A DNA stretch of 64,000 nt. It comes from Candidatus Methanomethylicia archaeon (GTDB lineage: Archaea > Thermoproteota > Methanomethylicia > Culexarchaeales > Culexarchaeaceae). Numbering within the stretch: position 1 is the stretch's first letter; every line of letters starts with the position of its first letter. Both the position numbers and the translations under genes were made by a program. The notes under the pieces were generated by a model. The model made no database searches. It saw nothing but the letters and a program-made list of their open reading frames with translations, and was not told the origin of the DNA. Positions 40,601 through 49,630 of this stretch are shown here, in pieces. The DNA lies in assembly GCA_038727515.1 (NCBI GenBank), contig JAVYVS010000005.1, forward strand, positions 48,609 to 112,608, read 5' to 3'.

Positions 40601-40698
40601 AGAAGGTTCATAGAATACTTTTCTATATCTCTGTGCATGGTTATGAAGTTTTTGAAGGAATATGGATTGATGGTGATTTTTCATGGAAAACGTTGTAG
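37618..40698 (+). CDS. Large secreted surface protein with tandem Ig-like repeats
   Basis: Signal peptide MVKRLLFSLILIFSILM; repeated F.IS..P......G....Y.V.LT..NG(F/Y)N units; T..NG motifs. Confidence 0.75.
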   Translation: MVKRLLFSLILIFSILMISIPFSNESLYYPLAPPFNEVQVFYHSRGSGTFSYMYDKNRGVMKGICTAVKNIGSILDEADLTLIFKGYLTTSFSGVIERLFVKYTLKGRLYVKSVCLPNTFSASAEVGVYVDLMGSRMVLASKTIELYYSGEDQYVFNDISQTVSKELNLRVFKGEVIEFTVTMHISSVALGALEDYSYSLADFSSGDYGLRIILYIGYLEDSYISASINPSKAYIGDSIEISGYLVDSNGRGIQNSILLLYLDSNYISSTRTESNGYFYFQYIVPMDIVPGEKIFKVVFEGDSGHLPSSQEFKLIVPSFSLHASHYSIKIPFGSVRGVDIYVNDIYNYNLPVEVKIGDLPNWISYGIVGDTLSIPPFQFHIYFTTYDVGEFNLEILAVGSDGQIKKILLNIESYLQPTYSISVIPYVNEVFQGSSTTYTVILTPLNGYNGLINLFLEVNGLNFSSHFSLNPVPLYSYEKQITLTIQVPPFVNVGSYDLIVKGVDSNGLIVYSNPFKLNVKEGPYFKISVHPTFSSIFSGETAIFYVNLTSFNGFNDYISLEVLCDVNVSKSFRFIFSENHINLSPSNLTKIVKLYVSPSSDVYGIFNFTIYAYSSFHQDSCSFSLEVKKSASIELYYVNWLRNTWHHEYVFMPYEAIGIIISYEPLKNLTMILPKHIFGEFNSSVIKLFTDENGTCRFIVFLNGLQCPTGFYEIYLLDDSGEIVCTSHICIDSLNAFYQVYNDYNYSRILFYLKWSHNNESIRFRGGNIEFILKSNIPTLNRCLINDSGVAIFNVPPIILDSHLIFHVHYAFSPIRVKSANSSLLSIIVPYRRISYDILRISFNDFNFNLNLRFYYEDNTPAKLMLLLVAYYDDSIVEFNYVTDVNGFASINFSLPPSKYIVFKLLCRDINDRWVSRVKDPSDLYWDENIGVLSYVNVQNGFVNFTFIPTSRFMNFKCTFYAMFYDEFDTLFYSFSTLIPLNHGSINYYTFSLHKKVHRILFYISVHGYEVFEGIWIDGDFSWKTL

Positions 40699-41993
40699 AA
40701 TATATCTTCGTAGGATTTATGTTTTCACTTCTTTTATATTCAAGTTTAATGTTTATGGGAGAATTGGCTGATCGTTATTATTTTGCATATAATTTTAAAC
40801 CTAACTTTATCTATGATTATATACTCTCTTCTTTAGCTCCTGAGGGTCGTTTAGATGCCTTCTTCATGCAATCTTTATCATATAATTATTCATCATTTTT
40901 CGGATACTATTGGAGTTATGAGAATATTAAGGAAATTTTAAAAATTGATGATTATCCTATTTCCATTCAAATTTCTCCATCTTTAAAGGTATTTGTAGAC
41001 TTTATTGATGGTTTTCTAGTCATAAATTCATTTCATGCTCAATTTTTAAAACCATGTGGTCAAGAGGCATTTATCTATGTATTTAGTAATGGAAGTTTAA
41101 ACCATTTTGTACATTTATATTTAATTGATGGATTTGGGAAATCTAAATTAAGTTTCAAACCTGAATTAGTTGTAGCATTTGTTAAGTATGGTTCTCTTTT
41201 TGGATATGGATTTTATGGGGAATTTGAAATCTTTCATATGTTTATTCCTCCTGGAGTTCTATATCTATCAAGTTTTGAATGTGAACAAGGGTTTTACGCT
41301 ATTGATGGTATAGCTGGAAGCTCCTCATCTAGATTAGTTGATAGCTCTGGAGTATCATTTTACACTAGAGATTTTAGAAACTTTACGATTTTTAGTGGGT
41401 ATTTGAATATTTCTATTTTTATTAGAGGTTTTGGAAGTTTATGTGTGTCTTTCGGCGTATGTTCATACAATTTTAGTAATATGATTATTTTAGGGAATGC
41501 TTCGTTTCCAATTAACTCTAGTGAGATTAATGAGTATTTTTTAACGATTCCAATAACAAAAAGTTTTCATGGTGAAAATATGAGGTTATTCATAAGATTT
41601 TATTCAATTAGTGATGATACTATATACATTTATTTCGGTGGTTGGAGTTATTCGTCAAAATTCACTTTAAATTGTAGTATACCTATTTTTTCTCAAAGTC
41701 CTTTATCTAATTGCCTCCATACTAAATTTATTTGGCGTCTTTGGTTTGAAGAAGCTGCTAACATCAGTAGTCTCCATCAATTTAAACCTCTATGTATAGT
41801 GGTTTCCAATTTTAATGGAATGTTTTATGTAGCCCTTATACCGGAATTAGAAATTTCTATTGGTTGTATAATTAATGGTGATGCCACCTATAGACTTCTT
41901 AACATTAATGGATATCATTTATTGTGTAAATTGTCCTTACCATTAGCGTCTGATAGCATCCACCAAAAAATTACAGTAATACATGAGGTGTGA
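40683..41993 (+). CDS. Pilin-like/adhesin protein with N-terminal hydrophobic helix
   Basis: MENVVEYIFVGFMFSLLLY N-terminus, beta-rich body, operon context. Confidence 0.55.
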   Translation: MENVVEYIFVGFMFSLLLYSSLMFMGELADRYYFAYNFKPNFIYDYILSSLAPEGRLDAFFMQSLSYNYSSFFGYYWSYENIKEILKIDDYPISIQISPSLKVFVDFIDGFLVINSFHAQFLKPCGQEAFIYVFSNGSLNHFVHLYLIDGFGKSKLSFKPELVVAFVKYGSLFGYGFYGEFEIFHMFIPPGVLYLSSFECEQGFYAIDGIAGSSSSRLVDSSGVSFYTRDFRNFTIFSGYLNISIFIRGFGSLCVSFGVCSYNFSNMIILGNASFPINSSEINEYFLTIPITKSFHGENMRLFIRFYSISDDTIYIYFGGWSYSSKFTLNCSIPIFSQSPLSNCLHTKFIWRLWFEEAANISSLHQFKPLCIVVSNFNGMFYVALIPELEISIGCIINGDATYRLLNINGYHLLCKLSLPLASDSIHQKITVIHEV

Positions 41994-41999
41994 TGGTGG

Positions 42000-42392
42000 A
42001 TGTCCAATAAGGGTTTTTCAAGGATTATTGAATTACTTTTTGCACTCATTATAATATCTTCTGCTTCTGTTATTTTCCCACTTATTAGCTATAGAGTTTA
42101 CATTGATGTAGAATTCATGTATAGTATTGCCTTTAATGCTCTTTCTACAGTTGAAGAGAATGGGTACTTAAGTTTTATGGTTTATAATGGAAATTGGGGT
42201 GAATTAACAAATTATATTAAAAACTTCATACCTGCGAATTTTAAATTTCGCTTAATTGTTTATGATGAATCTCTTAATGTACTTTATTCCAATGGAGTTA
42301 ATCCTAGCGATTTTGTTCATCTAATCTCTATTCCATATATATTGAAATTCAAGGGGGTGACTAGAATAATTGTATTGGAGATTTGGAGATAA
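42000..42392 (+). CDS. Minor pilin (class III signal peptide)
   Basis: MSNKG|FSRIIELLFALIII. Confidence 0.72.
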   Translation: MSNKGFSRIIELLFALIIISSASVIFPLISYRVYIDVEFMYSIAFNALSTVEENGYLSFMVYNGNWGELTNYIKNFIPANFKFRLIVYDESLNVLYSNGVNPSDFVHLISIPYILKFKGVTRIIVLEIWR

Positions 42393-43035
42393 AGGACAGA
42401 TTATAATTATTTTTGCAGTATTATGTGTTGCATTAATTTATCAATTAGCTTACTTTATACCATACTATAGTGTTAGTGTAAGTTCACCCAAACCATATAT
42501 TCAACTTTTAAACCTTATGATTAAGAGATTCGTATGGGATTCACTTATTTACAATATTAGTGGATATTCATTCATAGATAAATTTAATTCAAATTTAAAT
42601 ATTCTTTATAAATTTTATCCATTATCTATAAACCTATCATCTCATAGGCTAGTTTCTCACAATGGATATGTTGAAGCTTTTGTTTCTCTAGACATATATG
42701 ATTTTAGATATGGTTGTAAGTATAATTTTATCTATAGATGTTTCCTTGGTTTAAATCTCGTTAACTTTACAATTTTACGTTCTTATCTGCCTAGTTTTAA
42801 AGGTATTAAAGTTATAGTTAAAGTTTTTGGGGATGAAGATTTCCTAATTAATTCTCCAATCTTTGAAGTGTCTTATTCATATAATGAAACTATTCTCACC
42901 TGTATCCCTGAAGTAGAGTATCTTCAAGATCAATACTATTGCATCTACTTCATTGCTCCCCTCAACACTCGTCATTTTACTCTATGTATAACTGATTGGA
43001 GAGGGGTGAAATGTATTGTGTTTTTTGAATGTTAA
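42370..43035 (+). CDS. Minor pilin (class III signal peptide)
   Basis: DKG|QIIIIFAVLCVALI; C-terminal DWRGV. Confidence 0.68.
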   Translation: MYWRFGDKGQIIIIFAVLCVALIYQLAYFIPYYSVSVSSPKPYIQLLNLMIKRFVWDSLIYNISGYSFIDKFNSNLNILYKFYPLSINLSSHRLVSHNGYVEAFVSLDIYDFRYGCKYNFIYRCFLGLNLVNFTILRSYLPSFKGIKVIVKVFGDEDFLINSPIFEVSYSYNETILTCIPEVEYLQDQYYCIYFIAPLNTRHFTLCITDWRGVKCIVFFEC

Positions 43036-43690
43036 GGGGATTTCGACTATTATTTCAAATGTTATTATATTTTCAGTATTTATGGTGTTATTAGTTGCTT
43101 CATTCCATTCTGGATTTCAATACTTAAGCGTTTTAGAACTTTATTTAAAATCTAATGATGCTATTGATTTTTTGAGATATCTAAGATTAGAGATTAATAG
43201 GCTTTCATTTGTCAATGATTCTGTGAAGATATTTAATACTCATTATGAAATTAAATTGGAAAATGCTGATAGAATAGCTATTTTCATTGATGATTTATTT
43301 TTGGGAAGCTTTCCCCTCAACATTTTTTCAATACCACTCTATTATTATTCTCCTCCAATAATTCATGAAAGTTTTATACATTTTAATGGGACTTTAGGTT
43401 CTATACATTTACGTGGTTATAATGCCCATCTCATTCCATCAATTTCAGTATCAAACTTAGATTCTGTCTTATATGTTAAGTTTTTTGTTGTAAATGGTAC
43501 TGGTAGTATCCATGGGAATTTTATTTTGAAGGTTAAAGGTTTAATGAAGGCCCATTACTCTATAGCATCTAATGGTGAAGTTTCAATTAAAGTTTATACC
43601 AATCTATATAATGGTTCAGAGGTTTTGCACTTACGTGGTATTATAAAATTGTTATTTGAAGTTGTTTTCTTAGAGGTGGTTCCATTATGA
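43016..43690 (+). CDS. Minor pilin (class III signal peptide)
   Basis: VKG|ISTIISNVIIFSVFMVLL. Confidence 0.7.
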   Translation: MCFLNVKGISTIISNVIIFSVFMVLLVASFHSGFQYLSVLELYLKSNDAIDFLRYLRLEINRLSFVNDSVKIFNTHYEIKLENADRIAIFIDDLFLGSFPLNIFSIPLYYYSPPIIHESFIHFNGTLGSIHLRGYNAHLIPSISVSNLDSVLYVKFFVVNGTGSIHGNFILKVKGLMKAHYSIASNGEVSIKVYTNLYNGSEVLHLRGIIKLLFEVVFLEVVPL

Positions 43691-44355
43691 TCTCTTCAGA
43701 AATTTTTTCGTCTATAATTCTTATTGGATTGATTTTGACAATAGGATCTATTGGTTTGCAATTGTATGTATCCCATTATGTTTTTACATTGGTATCTTTG
43801 GAAATTGAGAGTGTGAAGTCTTTCTTTAGAGATTTAGTAAATGGTTTAAATATGTTAAATCCAGTTACATATACGTTTTCTCTTAGATATGGTATTTTGA
43901 TAATTTCAGTGGATGGATTTCAATTTCTAAATTTTGCTAATGAAACTATATTTTCCTCTTATTTTATGATTTTGAAATATGTTTCTCAATATAAAATTTA
44001 TCCATCAAGAAATGTGATAATTGAAAGTGGCAACTCTACATATTTTTCATTCTATATTGTTGGGTGTGAAAATCAGCTTATACTCTACCTATATCCTCTC
44101 CTCTCCATAGATATGGATAAGGTTGTTGTTGGAGCAGTTGTTTTTAACATTAATAATTCTCTCAAAATCGTTAGTGGAAAATATATTTTCAATCCATCTA
44201 TAATTTTCATTAATCGTTTTTATAGAATTACTATGCCTATAAATATGTATCTTCACTATCATTTTCATTCATATAACTTTGTTTTTAATGCGGAGAAATT
44301 TTCACATATAAATTTAGATTTTAGGTTAATCTCAATAGGTATTTCTGGTGGTTGA
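43687..44355 (+). CDS. Pilin-like protein without a basic leader
   Basis: MISSEIFSSIILIGLILTIG; ATGA overlap with the previous gene. Confidence 0.6.
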   Translation: MISSEIFSSIILIGLILTIGSIGLQLYVSHYVFTLVSLEIESVKSFFRDLVNGLNMLNPVTYTFSLRYGILIISVDGFQFLNFANETIFSSYFMILKYVSQYKIYPSRNVIIESGNSTYFSFYIVGCENQLILYLYPLLSIDMDKVVVGAVVFNINNSLKIVSGKYIFNPSIIFINRFYRITMPINMYLHYHFHSYNFVFNAEKFSHINLDFRLISIGISGG

Positions 44356-44773
44356 TTTGAGGAATGTATTATCTAATTGTATTTTGACTTTCGGTCTTAT
44401 GCTTTCATGTATATTGTCTTTCTCCTCTCTGAGTATCTTCTGTTATAATGTTATGGATAATGAACGCATTTATTCAACTTTAGCATGTGTTTTTAAAGAT
44501 TCTATAATTTATGGTGCTCAAATATGTAAAGATCTTGGTCCAAATTCTAGTATACGTTTGAAATTAGAGGTACCAACTAAATTAATTGGGTTTACGATCT
44601 TTATACTTAATTGTGAATGTGTATTATTCGATATTAATGGAAGAATAGTCTTTAGGTTTAAGCTACCTTCTTCACCCTCTATTTCTTATGTTAATTCATC
44701 AGCCTCTATTTCTTATGAATATATTTTCATTTATTTCTACAGTCTTGATGGTAAAATATTTGTTAAATTGTAA
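44348..44773 (+). CDS. Pilin-like protein
   Basis: N-terminal hydrophobic helix, helix, then beta strands (LEVPTKL); last gene of the operon. Confidence 0.55.
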   Translation: MVDLRNVLSNCILTFGLMLSCILSFSSLSIFCYNVMDNERIYSTLACVFKDSIIYGAQICKDLGPNSSIRLKLEVPTKLIGFTIFILNCECVLFDINGRIVFRFKLPSSPSISYVNSSASISYEYIFIYFYSLDGKIFVKL

Positions 44774-46913
44774 ATTTTGCCCCCTCTAATTGTTCTTTTA
44801 TCTTCTTTATAGTTTCTTCTCCCATCAACGGTATCTTCCTTAAGTCTTCAATTTTCGCCTTTTTCAAATCTTCAATAGATTTATAACCAGCTCTATATAG
44901 TAGTCTTGCCCTTACTCTCCCTATACCTCTTAACTGTACTAATTCAAGTAATTCTGGTTTGCATCCATATTCTAGTCTAGATGTTAATTCTTCAAGTTTT
45001 TGTATATGATTTGTTAATCCTAGAACTTTACATATTTCTGCAGCTGAATATGTTAACCATTGTGTTGTTAAGGCTATAGTGTATATATCTCCAGGTCCAA
45101 CATCATATTTATCTATTATATCATCTTCCTTTTCTTCATTTATCCAATCATTTAACATCATAGCAGTTTTTAATGCTTGTAGCATTATTGTTTGGTCAAT
45201 TTCATCTTCACATTCTTCCATGTTAATGAGTAGTTCTCCCCCCATTTCCATAATTTTTGAAATTAGTAATGATCTTTCTCTCCTCGTTATATGTAATTTT
45301 GGCATATCTGGTGTTGTAGATACTAGGTGTAGATATGCGATTTCACTAGCCTTTCTCTTTTTCTGTAATCCTCTTATAATGTATACTGCTGATAATGGGT
45401 CTATGTATAATTGTGATACTCTAAATCCCAGTTTTGTTGCATTCATGTATTCTCCCAAGATCTTTACCATTTCATTTTCTATTAAGAACCCTAATACTCT
45501 TCTCAGAACTTTCATTAACTGTCTTTCTTCACCATATTGTTTATAATAAAATGTTTTTCTCATGAATTCCATGATCTCTTCCTCCGTTTTGACAAAATCT
45601 GTGGATATTATTGCAAGTATATGTGATCTTAATGCTGATTCTGAAGCTAATTTAGACCATATTCTCTCCGGTGGTGCTTTAACATAATTTTCCATTAAAA
45701 ATTCTTGTTCTTGTATTGTTCTTGCTATTAATATTGCATCCCCATTTTCATCATATTTTGGTCTTCCAGCTCTCCCAGCCATTTGATGATATTCAAGTAT
45801 TGGTATTGTTTGGTATCCTGTTATACTATCATATCTATAGTAATTCTTTATTATCACTCTTCTTGCTGGTAAGTTTACTCCTGCAGCTAGTGTTGGTGTG
45901 GCACATATAACCTTTATTTTGAATTCTCTAAAACCCTTTTCAATGGTGCTTCTTTGATTCGCAGATAATCCTGCATGATGAAAAGCTACTCCATTTCTAA
46001 TACATGTAGCTAATTCTTCACTTACTCTTGTAGTTTCTTCTGATGATAGTATTTCATTCGCGATACTCATCAACTCCCTTTTTTCATTAGCCTTTATATA
46101 TTTTGATATTAATGGTATCAGTTTGAATGCTGTTTCCCTAGAATTGTTTCTAGTATTTGTAAATATTAGAACTTGCCCTCCCTCTTCTAATATTTGCTTT
46201 GTTAATGCTTCGCATGGATCCATCTTTTCCCTTGTAACTTCAATTACACTCTTATCTTCATATACTATCTTTCCATCTATGTACACACCTTTCCTTAATG
46301 GTACTGGTCTCCACTCACTCTTAATTAATTTTGCATTTAACCATTCTGATATTTCATCTGAGTTCATTATTGTAGCGCTTAAACCTATTATTTGCGTGTT
46401 TGGATTTATCAATTGTAATTTTGATAATACCACTTCGAGTGTGGGACCTCTTTCTTGATCATTTATTAAATGTATTTCATCTGCTACAACAATGTTTATA
46501 TCATTTATCCATGAAGGTTTATTTCTTAAGATGCTATCAGCTTTTTCATTGGTCATAACAATTATATCGTATTGTTTTAACCATGGTTCTGGATTATCAT
46601 AATCTCCCGTGCTTATTGCAACTTTCAACCCCGCTTCTTCATATTTCTTAAATTCTTCATATTTTTCCGATGCCAATGCTTTTAATGGTGTAAGATAAAG
46701 TGCTTTTCCTCCATTTTCAATTAATCTTTTAGTTATTGCAAGTTCTGCAATTAATGTTTTTCCAGCGGCAGTAGGTATTGCTAATACTATGCTTTTACCA
46801 TTTAAAACTCCACTTTTTATTGCTTGTATTTGTGGTGGGTATAGTTCGATGATTCCATGTTTTTCTAATATATTTTTTATGGTGTTTGGTATTGGTAATT
46901 CTCTTATCTTAAT
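44763..46913 (-). CDS. hel308: Hel308/Hjm SF2 DNA helicase
   Basis: Frame stays open 79 codons upstream of the track start and contains LYPPQ and Walker A PTAAGKT; DEIH, HHAGL, QMAGRAGRP, C-terminal HhH; probable ATT start at 46913. Confidence 0.95.
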   Translation of the reverse strand: MKIRELPIPNTIKNILEKHGIIELYPPQIQAIKSGVLNGKSIVLAIPTAAGKTLIAELAITKRLIENGGKALYLTPLKALASEKYEEFKKYEEAGLKVAISTGDYDNPEPWLKQYDIIVMTNEKADSILRNKPSWINDINIVVADEIHLINDQERGPTLEVVLSKLQLINPNTQIIGLSATIMNSDEISEWLNAKLIKSEWRPVPLRKGVYIDGKIVYEDKSVIEVTREKMDPCEALTKQILEEGGQVLIFTNTRNNSRETAFKLIPLISKYIKANEKRELMSIANEILSSEETTRVSEELATCIRNGVAFHHAGLSANQRSTIEKGFREFKIKVICATPTLAAGVNLPARRVIIKNYYRYDSITGYQTIPILEYHQMAGRAGRPKYDENGDAILIARTIQEQEFLMENYVKAPPERIWSKLASESALRSHILAIISTDFVKTEEEIMEFMRKTFYYKQYGEERQLMKVLRRVLGFLIENEMVKILGEYMNATKLGFRVSQLYIDPLSAVYIIRGLQKKRKASEIAYLHLVSTTPDMPKLHITRRERSLLISKIMEMGGELLINMEECEDEIDQTIMLQALKTAMMLNDWINEEKEDDIIDKYDVGPGDIYTIALTTQWLTYSAAEICKVLGLTNHIQKLEELTSRLEYGCKPELLELVQLRGIGRVRARLLYRAGYKSIEDLKKAKIEDLRKIPLMGEETIKKIKEQLEGAKFTI

Positions 46914-46926
46914 AGTTTTTCCTCCA

Positions 46927-48978
46927 TTATGTTGGCATTATATATCCTGGTTTTGCCTCGAAGAGAATACCCTCTTTTAATAATCTATCTATTATTTCGA
47001 TAACTGTATTTTTCGATATATCATATTCTTTTTCTATTTCTTCTGCTGCAAAATCTTTTTTGATAGGTCCTCCAATTTCCTTTACCTTATTCTTAATATA
47101 ATCCATTATTACATTCATTTTATCCCTTTGAGATTTAGATTTACCTGTTAATAGAACATCTATATCTATTCTCTCGGTTTCTGTATCGTATGCTGTTTTT
47201 TCAAGTACATAGTTCATCAATTTTATTGCTGCATCTGCATCTGCTTCTGTAGCTACTTCTCTTAATGCCATTTTTGCTCTTGCTTCAGTCATTCTCACTA
47301 ATGCTTCTAATTGTCTTGGGGTTATGGGGATGCTTCCACCTTCCTTTCCAGTTTTACGCATTTCCACATAATATCTCTTTATCTTTTCTAAAGCTTCATC
47401 TGATATTTTTGGTTTTATGTTCTTTCTTACATATGCTATATACTTTTTAAGTAATTCCGGTTCTATTGGTGGTGAAGTAACATATCCTCTTACTTGATGT
47501 AACTTTAATATATGTTCACTCATTTTCGTATCGATTTCTTCATCAGGTTTATCTTTTATTGGGAATATTAAATCGAATCTTGAAAGTATCGTTATTGGTA
47601 AATTCACATTTTCAATTACTGGTTTTTGCTCTACGAATCTTCCAAGTGTTGGATTTGCTGAAGCTAATATTGATGTTCTTGCGTTTAATGTTGCTACTAT
47701 TCCAGCTTTTGCTATACTTACTGTTTGTTGCTCCATTACTTCATGCATAGCCACTCTATCCTCATTCCTCATTTTATCTATTTCATCTACACATGCTATT
47801 CCACCATCTGCTAATACTAGTGCACCTGCTTCTAAATACCAATCTCCAGTTGTTCTATCTTTAACTACAGCAGCTGTTAACCCTGCGGCTGTCGACCCCT
47901 TCCCCGAAGTATATATCCCTCTAGGGGCTATTCTAGCTACATACTGTAGCAATTGACTTTTTGCTGTTCCTGGATCTCCAACTAGTAGTATATTTATGTC
48001 TCCTCTTATCCTAATACCATCTGGTAGAACTTTTGGTACTCCTCCAAATAAAAGATATGCAATGCCCTCCTTTATTTCTCTATATCCATATATAGATGGA
48101 GCTATTGATTGTATTATTTTCTCATGGATCATGGGGTCTTTAGACAACTTTTTTATTTTCTCTTCATCTTCAGGTGTTATTTCTATTTCTTCTAATCCCT
48201 TTTCTGATAGTTCTATGTAATTTACATCTATTTCTGGTCTAAATGTCATACCCATCCCATGTTGCTCTCTAACGGATCTTAAAATTCCCACAACTACTAT
48301 CCTATCTCCAGGTTTTGCTACATCCACTAAGTCTTCTCTTGCAATTGCTTCTATTGATCTTGGTAATTGAGCTGGAGGAAGTTCTTCAGGTCTTTCTTGG
48401 ATAGTTAATCTTTGCCAATCTATAAATTCTGATTCTTCTGGTATTAGTTTAAATATTTTACCACCACAATGTGTACATCTTTCTGGGGGTGTTATTCTCT
48501 CATTTACGTCTGTTGCTTCAACATACGTTATTTCTGAGCATTTTTCACATCTATATGCTGCTTTTACTATTTGTTGTCTTATTGATGAAACCCTTGTCAA
48601 TATTCCTTCTATCATTATTAATTTTCCGACATGTTCTGATCTTATCTTCCTTATAGGTGTAAGTTCTGGAAGCTTCTTGAATCTAGCTATGAATCTTCTC
48701 ACTTTTCTAGCGTAAGCAATATTTATTGTGCTCATAACATCTCTTATTGCTGTTGAAGCTGCCTCAATAACTCTAATAGGTTTTTCTATTAATTGTTCCG
48801 CTAATTTTGGATCGTTCTCTAATAGATCTTCAAAGTTTATTACTAAATGTTTTTGCCCAGTTATTGCCATTTGACTTAAAGCCTTTTTATAATAGTATTC
48901 CCCACTTTTATCTTTAAAAGATTTTAAAAATTCAACGAATCTCTCTCTTAAATCTGCTTCCAATAGTTCTATACTCAT
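46927..48978 (-). CDS. mcm: MCM replicative helicase
   Basis: GDPGTAKSQ, GLTAAV, DEIDKM, SRFD, Zn finger; no intein. Confidence 0.98.
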   Translation of the reverse strand: MSIELLEADLRERFVEFLKSFKDKSGEYYYKKALSQMAITGQKHLVINFEDLLENDPKLAEQLIEKPIRVIEAASTAIRDVMSTINIAYARKVRRFIARFKKLPELTPIRKIRSEHVGKLIMIEGILTRVSSIRQQIVKAAYRCEKCSEITYVEATDVNERITPPERCTHCGGKIFKLIPEESEFIDWQRLTIQERPEELPPAQLPRSIEAIAREDLVDVAKPGDRIVVVGILRSVREQHGMGMTFRPEIDVNYIELSEKGLEEIEITPEDEEKIKKLSKDPMIHEKIIQSIAPSIYGYREIKEGIAYLLFGGVPKVLPDGIRIRGDINILLVGDPGTAKSQLLQYVARIAPRGIYTSGKGSTAAGLTAAVVKDRTTGDWYLEAGALVLADGGIACVDEIDKMRNEDRVAMHEVMEQQTVSIAKAGIVATLNARTSILASANPTLGRFVEQKPVIENVNLPITILSRFDLIFPIKDKPDEEIDTKMSEHILKLHQVRGYVTSPPIEPELLKKYIAYVRKNIKPKISDEALEKIKRYYVEMRKTGKEGGSIPITPRQLEALVRMTEARAKMALREVATEADADAAIKLMNYVLEKTAYDTETERIDIDVLLTGKSKSQRDKMNVIMDYIKNKVKEIGGPIKKDFAAEEIEKEYDISKNTVIEIIDRLLKEGILFEAKPGYIMPT

Positions 48979-49532
48979 AAGTTTTCACCTATACTTATCA
49001 ATTTGTTTTTCCAAGTAGATAATACATATCTTATCTCTCTCAAAAGCATTTTCTCTTCCATCGTCATGTTTTCCATTATTGTTTGTGGTATTGCTTCTGT
49101 TATTGCTAATTGCAATATCTTCTGTATCCTACAATTTACTATATCTATAAATGTATTTTCATAATTTCTTTGTTCTTGTATTTTTTCTGGTGTAGGTTCC
49201 TTCTTTAATTCTTCCCTCATCTTTTGTATTTTCTGTCTCACCTTCGCATAAAATTGTGGGTCTATTTTTGCTAAACTTGTTTCCCTAGATTCTTTCCAGA
49301 GGATTTTTCTAATATCCTTTATCCCTAGTTCTTCAGTCGTTTTTAATTCTATTAATCCCATCTTTAACATTTTTTCTGAAGCCCATTTTGGTATTTGAAT
49401 TTCAGCACCTTCTGGTTCCAAAATTATTTTATTTCCCCCTACTTCTATTGGTTGCCTAACATTTTTCACTATGGCCTTTATTGATTCTACTTCAGATATT
49501 AAGTTTGATATTTTATCAACAATTTCAAGCAT
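48975..49532 (-). CDS. gins23: GINS subunit (Gins23)
   Basis: IPKWA B-domain then helical A-domain (FY, RIQKI, MTMEE); overlaps the mcm start. Confidence 0.85.
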   Translation of the reverse strand: MLEIVDKISNLISEVESIKAIVKNVRQPIEVGGNKIILEPEGAEIQIPKWASEKMLKMGLIELKTTEELGIKDIRKILWKESRETSLAKIDPQFYAKVRQKIQKMREELKKEPTPEKIQEQRNYENTFIDIVNCRIQKILQLAITEAIPQTIMENMTMEEKMLLREIRYVLSTWKNKLISIGENL

Positions 49533-49630
49533 TATATTTCACACTCAACATTTTTCTTTTTAAACTTTCTAAGTATTATTTCTTCCTATTTTACGTGTTA
49601 ATTTAATATTTACCCTTACTTATATTATGT

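Noticed and set aside
34384-44773. Archaellum operon, conjugative element or provirus
   Set aside because: No arlH/F/G, VirB4, integrase, capsid or att repeats are recognisable; no adjacent tRNA fragment.
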